64,000 nt of DNA, taken from an uncultured virus (IMG/VR IMGVR_UViG_3300027714_000006) (Duplodnaviria; Heunggongvirae; Uroviricota; Caudoviricetes). The notes below the pieces were generated by a model. That model had not been told where the DNA came from and made no database searches. It worked only from the letters and a program-made list of their open reading frames with translations. Below, piece after piece: positions 59,301-64,000 of this stretch. How positions within the stretch are numbered: position 1 is the stretch's first letter; each line of letters starts with the position of its first letter. The stretch lies in the IMG/VR virus record IMGVR_UViG_3300027714_000006; one strand, written 5' to 3'. The translations under genes were made by a program, and so were the position numbers.

Positions 59301-62300
59301 TGATAACTGTAGAAATGGAGTGGACAGTCGCCTGCCCAGATTCAGGTATAGCACTAGGAACATTTACAAATTGCATTAAATATTTGGGTGTTTATACTTG
59401 GTCATACCCTAACGACCCAATATTCGCCCTAGGTAATTGTAGTAATTTCGGTATATTGATGGCTATATTTTGTGACTACTGGATTGCTTATGTAGGTAAT
59501 AGAATATGGGGCCCTTTAAGCGTTAATTACGATATTTGTCCTGTTGGTACCGCTACCGTATTATCAACACATAATGATTGTTATAGTTGTGATGGTGGAT
59601 TAGCGGAGATACGTACTTTTCACGTGTTTGAGGAATGTGAACTATTTTCTTTTTTACCATCACCCACTTCATCACCATTCCCACCTGGTGTGGGCATATC
59701 AGCTATTGACGCCCCGGGAACAACATCAGGACTTATAGACTTTATGACAGCAGTTGGGTTAGATGATATGGTAACTAGAGGTAATTACTTTTATAGTTGG
59801 GTTGGTAGTCCAGGTGTAGGTCAAGTAGTTACCCTACACTCCACTTTAAATGGTTTTAATAATGATGTACTATGTTTAAAATATATGGGAACAGTATCTT
59901 CATCAGCGGTCCCATACTACCCAGTTGGTAATTGGTGGCATTTTGGTGTTAACGGACTATCAACCGGAGGTACTAATAATGAGTGTTGTGTGTGTGAAGA
60001 TTTACAAAGTTTAAGTATGTTACAACAGGTACCACAATTTATTGGTGATACTAGAGATATTTTCGGTCAAATAACCTCACCTGAAAAAACTAAACTAATT
60101 ACCACCGCACCAACAGTTCTATATTACGAACCTACTAATGGGGGGGTTAATAAGGTAGGTTGGGAAGATATAAATGTTAATGGTCTAGCTTATTTAGTTA
60201 AAGTATGGACAAAAGATGGTGACCAATATGTTACAAAAAGTGATACTACTTCATGCACTTATATAGACAAAAAGGCATTTACACCCCCAACTACAACACC
60301 AACAACAACATACGCTATACCGCCAACTACAACTACAACAACATACGCTATACCTCCAACTACAACTACTACAACATACACTATACCCCCAATTACAACT
60401 ACAACAACAGTATTTGGGCAACTAACAACTACTACAACATACGCTATACCAACAACAACTACTACAACATACGCTATACCAACAACAACTACTACAACAT
60501 ACGCTATACCAACAACAACAACCACTACCTTATTTGGACAAACAACCACAACCACAACACAACAATTAGCATCAGGAGGTGGTCCCCTATCTAATTTTGT
60601 TAGAAATGATGGAACATCGGTAAACGCACTTAAGATTGGTGACTTTATCAATTTGTATCAGGATAACGCCTATGGACACCAATCTATAGAAATTCTAGAT
60701 ATTGTAGACCAAGTTAAATACGAATCAGGTGAAGCTAGATGCCTTGGACAAAAACTAAATATATCTACTGATGTTGGTGTGGTACCGTTATTTTCTAGGT
60801 TCCAAAACCTTGAATCGTCACTATCACAATCTCCTACCCTTACCACTACCACCACCATCACCAAATCCACTGCTCCAGTATCTCACCTATTTGAGGTTTG
60901 TTGGAATGAAATTTCTGACTACATACCTAATATAGCCTCCATTCTGGGGACAGTCAACAAAACATGGGGCATCGAATATTTCGGTACACCAAACTACATT
61001 GGTGACGCTTGTTATGATGGTGTTACAAATACTAGTACTGTCCCATCTGTCGATTATTTAGCGAACAATCTAGATTTCTATCAATATCTTGGAAGTCCAT
61101 CTGTGGGTGAAACCGTTAGATGGTGTTACTGGAATGACAATATAACCTACACTAATGGTCCGTCAGGGTTGGGGCCTTCAAGAATACCAGGTATGACGTG
61201 TACTTGTCTAAGATATATGGGTCAAGGTACTCCTGACTTCTATTCTAATTTAGTATGTACTGTAACGAATTCAACTAACGGAACCACTTGTTCAGATTGT
61301 GACACAAATCCAAATTCAGGGTGGGGTGGAAGTTTAACTAACAAAGGTATAACTTGGGATGATACTACTACAAATATGGGTCTTAATTCTTGTTGTTGTA
61401 ATGATGATTACCCTAATGGTGCGAATTGTATGCCAGAACGTATAAACGATACTGGTTGTTCTGGTTTTACATATACAGATTTATCAGCAATCCCTATAGG
61501 TGGAACTTGGTATGACGCTACGTCAGGTGAATGCTTTACTCATATTGCTGACCCAGGACTAACATATTTTGATTTTACCGCTCCAGTACCAAATCCTGGA
61601 GGTCCTTATATAGATTGTGATGCTTGTGAGCAAATTAATGAAATTATTTGTGAACCTGTTACCACTACTACAACAAGACCAAGTGAAATATGGGGGTTAA
61701 AACCTTGTTGTTGTGAAGATGACGTTATAATTGGTGTTGTTCCTAATGTTGGTGATGTAGGTCAAGCCGGAGGATTTGTATTTCATGTTGATACGATTAA
61801 TAACATCATATATGAAGTAGCACCTAAATCAACAGAAATTGGTGGTTTTGGTATGAGATGGGGTTGTTGGGGCACACCTGTACTTCCGAGCCCAACTCTA
61901 GGTACTTCAATTGGTATGGGAAAAATAAATACAAATGAGATTATTGCTGCTGGGTGTCCAGACCCAACCCCATGGGCAACGTATCTCGACACTTTAATTT
62001 ATAACGGGTATGATGATTGGTTTGCTCCAAGTTATAACGAATGGTTAAAATTATGGTTTAATATAGGTCCAGGACAAGCTCTATTATCTCCATTGTATAA
62101 TTTAGCCGACTTAGACGACTTAAAACCTTTTTCAGGTTCAACAGACCAACCACCAATATGGATTACTTCTAGTGAACATCCAGCCAACCCAGTATACGAT
62201 ACAATTGCTATTGGACTCCCAACTACGTGGGGTACAACAATGCAGGTACTGCAGAAGAATTTCCTATTTATGTGGTTAAGACCTGTTAGGTCATATAATT

Positions 62301-64000
62301 ACGCAACTTGTTCTGGATATACAACTACTGATTTATCTACTGTACCAATAGGTAATACATGGTTTGACCCATTATCTGGACAATGTTATGAAAGAATAGC
62401 GTACCCAGGACCAACAAATTATAACGTCAATGTACCACTAAATGGACCTTATGATGATTGTGAGTGTTGTGAGATAACTCATAAGATAGTAGATGATTGT
62501 GTTACAACTACTACAACAATATGGGACCCACCAAAAACAACCACCACAACAACTAATAGACCTACCACAACAACTACTACTCGTCCTCATATTTGTTATG
62601 GTATTAAACCTTGTTGTTGTTTAACTGGACAAACATATAGTATAGGTGATACGGGACCAGCGGGTGGTGTTGTCTTCTATCATGATGGTCAAGGGAATTA
62701 TTTGGAAGCTTCACCATATGATGTAAATTTATCTAACTATGATTTACCCCAAAATATAATAGCCGCAAACGCGACTGATTCAGCACATACATTTACAATG
62801 TGGGGATGTATGAACCTTTATGTTAGTGGAACTTCAAGAGAAATATTCGCGGGTAGTGACAACACATCAAAAATAAATAATGCTTGTACACCAGACATTT
62901 ACGGTTACCCGTGTTGTCCTTCATGTACTACTGATGTTAATTGGGCTAGAACAAACCCTTGTAGTGGTAATACAGTACCTTTTACATATGATTGTAAAGA
63001 TAAAAAGGCTGATGCTGGTGGTGGTTATTTGGATTGTACAAAAGAATACATAGGTAATAGTGTTTGGCCAAACCCTGGAAGTAATTTAGACGCTTCTAAT
63101 ATAACTCTTCATAGTGCAGCTCACATATGTTCTACATTCTCATTTAGTGGATACACAGATTGGTACTTACCTACCATTAAAGAAATGAATGAAATGTATA
63201 ATGGACTTGTTGGTTCTACTGGGGGTCAAACTATTGGTTTAGAAAACCCTCTAGCCGCAGGACCACCAAACGAAACTTTTTACTCTACATATAATTTTGC
63301 TGAAGGTGGGTATTACTGGACTTCTAGTGAATGTGATGCCAGTAGGGCGGAATACTTCCCAATGTTTAATGGGTTTAATAATATACATTTAAGTTTAGGT
63401 ATGTCTAATGGACCTAACTACCCTACAGGTACACCATGTTCGGGTAGAGACTCCATATTCCCTGAGTTATTTAGTTCAGAATTACATAGTAAATCTCTCA
63501 TACCTTACCCAGACATAAATAATAATATTATACAAGGTAGCCCAAAATATATTAGACCTGTTAGAAAGTTTACAACCACTAATGAAACTTGTTCTGGTTG
63601 TACTAAAACAGATTTAAGTTTTATGCCTATCGGTCAAGTGTTTTATGATGTGGGGACTAATATGTGTTATGAGAGAATAGAAATACCAGGACCGGACCTT
63701 TACAATATAAGTGTAGTGCCAAGTATATTCTACCAAGATTGTTTTTCTATTGGTGGATGTTTAGATACCCACCATATTGTATGTACGACAACCACAGTCC
63801 CACCAACAACAACCACAACAACAGCATGGTCAGCTACTACAACAACCTCAACAGTCCCACCAACCACAACAACCACAACATGTCAAGGTTTATCAGCTTG
63901 TTGTAAAACAAATAATATTGTGTTTGCTAGGTGGTGTGGTGATTTAACTAATCCAGCTTCAGGTTTAACTTCTTATAATGCTTTCTACGATACTCTTACA
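53357..64000 (+). CDS. Giant mucin-like multidomain putative fibre/adhesin protein (>3548 aa, 3'-partial; absent from the ORF track)
   Basis: ATG at 53357 (MPSPNFSAYT); every segment I translated is open up to ...GLTSYNAFYDTLT at the window end, and the track lists no terminated ORF in this frame. Confidence 0.88.
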   Translation, partial: MPSPNFSAYTIQQGSISGPNIWKYDLYEWNLAPVGSPPPLIPRNEAGITESPESSYSGPFFNMDPYYGMTQKNKKLYGFAGENGSISSWQLPGQIFKTDQDWGGRTKTIYSGLTLTLPYDNHGWQPLVGGFAYDEANDCFTLLRCTNMQGVDMTMGGMGSWVYPAVGDLYLHTWSVSHPNATPQQPFYSGTTCFLNSGLGLAYRQSELYAVGYISGMTSGLTFQHINTNNGVNTVLSYCSAHVSYVINNQAGRNIPFGGRAWVGDLTYDEYDDKFYFLSYNGLAKIDPQTYNWEVVPQTASTQTTYVPNYNHKMFGFEIIEPVVTTTTTLCTEEYSIDVSPDFTNSTISLCDSDCTNCQIMYVSGCTAPHFGWCTASTTCFDLTLECCKTYCVEVLAPDGCSYTEYITAECPSTTTTTTYIPPEPTTTTTTTECVCIYPVEYFQGVLSGVTYPGDMLEGSYCNDVTSPYIYNHISNPSNSILTHGILIKQNPWGSLPISNNWWSLIRDIGANNYLLVGTGSTLTTIYDGIPPLANDFLVTDGQCECVTTTTTILGFTTTTTLPGQTTTTTTLPGQTTTTTTLPGQTTTTTTLDPCDFGTIPLTGDCPTTTTTTVPPTTTTTTPDPCDFGTIPLTGDCVTSTTTPDPYASTTTTTIPCCDECCLITGAWEIINTGTTGNNGFYSIHKTSPHTQTTLPIALKDPTMWGAIPHMFFQGFAKRTTNNFLYGAFLEHKIDDTCNGTSRYDLHIYQVNPNTGSGSLAQTYTGYDVCNNTSGIRTEELGEGCLGYDSLNDKLIFIPYNNTVHPVYQIQPWVNGSVTYLGDFTVFTSPPNPYAHMSGLSNVPGTNNFYTYLDECSFGPGNCNSSAGYVCIFDGTTLNANPIPGTINPLLNSSISAGLLYDCEDLYIVRQLPSCSGGTPQQFQHTWIDESLIISGQCAFTIPTPWSCAPGNIQGAAPLFGPIIGAESLKLSLNVLDKDGNFVSMDMLTGDTTNPLTLTVYDPFTNTNIGQWDYNIVMDGNFPGVPSCMPTTPSPCGEGTLQHQNCTGNRDWYQAGVAQCGQWPNSPAGNCANILYLENPANIGLGVMVGEPSQFEITLQFGGMGTPCQPEYAEIWKDGGMTTPGEIVTQGVFDVGTNGNLPGVGTFKDQVMGAEYMKVLMYDSAQSGQVFNGDNFTASTNNWNFTVRHPDGSGTIIGSWKYELVRYPTGPGFPVAICDATPPISAGAGGGRCRGGAAPCIAGAPALTPTPLMEHTYCFFFKNPIPAGSPIDLSDYAPGSSHGNDIEISWGENTCCSGATDNLVLTKYTLPSGPITNTILGSISGVTALAGLECAGSFCETPDNPCPTTTTTTVPVSTTTTTDPCAPSTTTSTTTLGPPTTTTTTPAPPTTTTTTLLVSCECECPPTPPSECPCIFSGTNFYVFYDGSGSFAVSVAQLANNVVLPWWQQFIQTLPGYTGCLYQATVPPPQQQSESWLRYSRYPWEGTNAFIPTPVGISVPQGVCGSGLDMPIAAALNDPNAVVISFVNETEPWYNDSPWLPVCNAPSGVGVITPPVPCTDWNTNQLNSINVTSGLQKITPTENYLRDFDSFMGTYYNGVWDQPTGTPGNNGSFNSFVYTLPVNDTQQERITQLNAYGAVEGRVVPAVDFVDIGAANNGGGLYNFDAIKQTNPYCADACFWNSGYGPGKTPDGRCVSGLTHFGFISVHSHEYLLSNWLGTTQANNIGIATLSATVCFHTACTSGITVEECCITGSTAEQWIVDNPGSVSGLAIGETFNDIDHKACYKVIVTPNPLPPNGITLNPLGLFGIDNCVECMANGDGEDPYCAPTTTTTTKIFRTTTTTSTTFRQIYGVERCCCPSADTRTYQPIMPEGTHYSKPKTTVTLGDYVNLNPLPNSTPLPTIPLNANANVDVTLHMFEDCPGDPSIPQLNGYPKFAPVWLDSQTGYVDSAYLGQDLAAVQEYSLNNQNFYNHLGSPNPGEVITVEMEWTVACPDSGIALGTFTNCIKYLGVYTWSYPNDPIFALGNCSNFGILMAIFCDYWIAYVGNRIWGPLSVNYDICPVGTATVLSTHNDCYSCDGGLAEIRTFHVFEECELFSFLPSPTSSPFPPGVGISAIDAPGTTSGLIDFMTAVGLDDMVTRGNYFYSWVGSPGVGQVVTLHSTLNGFNNDVLCLKYMGTVSSSAVPYYPVGNWWHFGVNGLSTGGTNNECCVCEDLQSLSMLQQVPQFIGDTRDIFGQITSPEKTKLITTAPTVLYYEPTNGGVNKVGWEDINVNGLAYLVKVWTKDGDQYVTKSDTTSCTYIDKKAFTPPTTTPTTTYAIPPTTTTTTYAIPPTTTTTTYTIPPITTTTTVFGQLTTTTTYAIPTTTTTTYAIPTTTTTTYAIPTTTTTTLFGQTTTTTTQQLASGGGPLSNFVRNDGTSVNALKIGDFINLYQDNAYGHQSIEILDIVDQVKYESGEARCLGQKLNISTDVGVVPLFSRFQNLESSLSQSPTLTTTTTITKSTAPVSHLFEVCWNEISDYIPNIASILGTVNKTWGIEYFGTPNYIGDACYDGVTNTSTVPSVDYLANNLDFYQYLGSPSVGETVRWCYWNDNITYTNGPSGLGPSRIPGMTCTCLRYMGQGTPDFYSNLVCTVTNSTNGTTCSDCDTNPNSGWGGSLTNKGITWDDTTTNMGLNSCCCNDDYPNGANCMPERINDTGCSGFTYTDLSAIPIGGTWYDATSGECFTHIADPGLTYFDFTAPVPNPGGPYIDCDACEQINEIICEPVTTTTTRPSEIWGLKPCCCEDDVIIGVVPNVGDVGQAGGFVFHVDTINNIIYEVAPKSTEIGGFGMRWGCWGTPVLPSPTLGTSIGMGKINTNEIIAAGCPDPTPWATYLDTLIYNGYDDWFAPSYNEWLKLWFNIGPGQALLSPLYNLADLDDLKPFSGSTDQPPIWITSSEHPANPVYDTIAIGLPTTWGTTMQVLQKNFLFMWLRPVRSYNYATCSGYTTTDLSTVPIGNTWFDPLSGQCYERIAYPGPTNYNVNVPLNGPYDDCECCEITHKIVDDCVTTTTTIWDPPKTTTTTTNRPTTTTTTRPHICYGIKPCCCLTGQTYSIGDTGPAGGVVFYHDGQGNYLEASPYDVNLSNYDLPQNIIAANATDSAHTFTMWGCMNLYVSGTSREIFAGSDNTSKINNACTPDIYGYPCCPSCTTDVNWARTNPCSGNTVPFTYDCKDKKADAGGGYLDCTKEYIGNSVWPNPGSNLDASNITLHSAAHICSTFSFSGYTDWYLPTIKEMNEMYNGLVGSTGGQTIGLENPLAAGPPNETFYSTYNFAEGGYYWTSSECDASRAEYFPMFNGFNNIHLSLGMSNGPNYPTGTPCSGRDSIFPELFSSELHSKSLIPYPDINNNIIQGSPKYIRPVRKFTTTNETCSGCTKTDLSFMPIGQVFYDVGTNMCYERIEIPGPDLYNISVVPSIFYQDCFSIGGCLDTHHIVCTTTTVPPTTTTTTAWSATTTTSTVPPTTTTTTCQGLSACCKTNNIVFARWCGDLTNPASGLTSYNAFYDTLT
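55025..55132 (+). repeat. In-frame 30-bp tandem repeat encoding TTTTTTLPGQ (about 3.5 copies)
   Basis: Units of ACAACAACTACAACTACATTACCTGGCCAA. Confidence 0.9.
55133..55267 (+). repeat. Duplicated DPCDFGTIPLTGDC peptide
   Basis: Two copies with synonymous differences, separated by a Thr tract. Confidence 0.85.
60290..60562 (+). repeat. In-frame 30-33-bp tandem repeat encoding TTTTTTYAIP(P)
   Basis: AACAACAACTACTACAACATACGCTATACC twice exactly at 60451-60510, plus degenerate copies. Confidence 0.9.

Noticed and set aside
60290..60562. 30-bp repeats resembling a CRISPR array
   Set aside because: Head-to-tail units without unique spacers, lengths in multiples of three, inside a coding frame; no cas genes
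540..61992. Numerous short antisense and alternate-frame ORFs in the track (poly-Val, poly-Ser, Asn/Tyr-rich)
   Set aside because: Shadows of acidic or Thr-rich sense genes, with no independent start signals or motifs
61745..63571. Diversity-generating retroelement suggested by the lectin-fold domains
   Set aside because: No reverse transcriptase in the window and no near-identical template/variable repeat pair seen; the domains are internal and highly diverged
1..64000. Stop-codon reassignment, as in some large phages
   Set aside because: Genes are full length and densely packed under the standard code, and TAG ends conserved genes such as portal and capsid

Overview
This AT-rich window is a segment of a large T4-like (myovirus-type) bacteriophage genome, not a bacterial chromosome. 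The host is probably Bacteroidota, judged from TAnnTTT(G)-type promoters, A-rich leaders without Shine-Dalgarno sequences, and Bacteroidota-like protein families. Layout: (1) 1-3.8 kb: Hsp20, DnaK, a KTSC protein, a non-canonical tRNA-Gly-like RNA and a Pol-beta-type nucleotidyltransferase. (2) 3.8-17.7 kb: head module with acidic putative internal proteins, large terminase, portal, prohead protease, scaffold and major capsid protein. (3) 17.8-41.4 kb: a ~23 kb island of apparently soluble glycan enzymes, including about 11 glycosyltransferase-like genes (GT10/GT11/GT23-like fucosyltransferases among them), two sulfotransferases, two GDP-mannose dehydratases, an Fcl/ColC reductase, a ColD-like enzyme, an amidotransferase and a methyltransferase, plus dUTPase, PhoH and two apparent pseudoenzymes. 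(4) 41.4-51.2 kb: gp55-like late sigma factor, baseplate spike, a caspase-like protein and an inverted block with a WYL protein. (5) 51.2-64 kb: Cys/Thr-rich putative virion surface proteins, including an unlisted ORF of more than 3,500 codons that runs off the window and carries mucin-like poly-Thr stalks, a vWA MIDAS motif and two DUF1566-like lectin-fold domains. Best candidate for a new system (inference): a phage-encoded virion O-glycosylation and sulfation pathway acting on poly-Thr tracts and on an (S/T)-G-x-T motif enriched in predicted surface proteins. All family assignments come from motif recognition by eye; no database searches were run.
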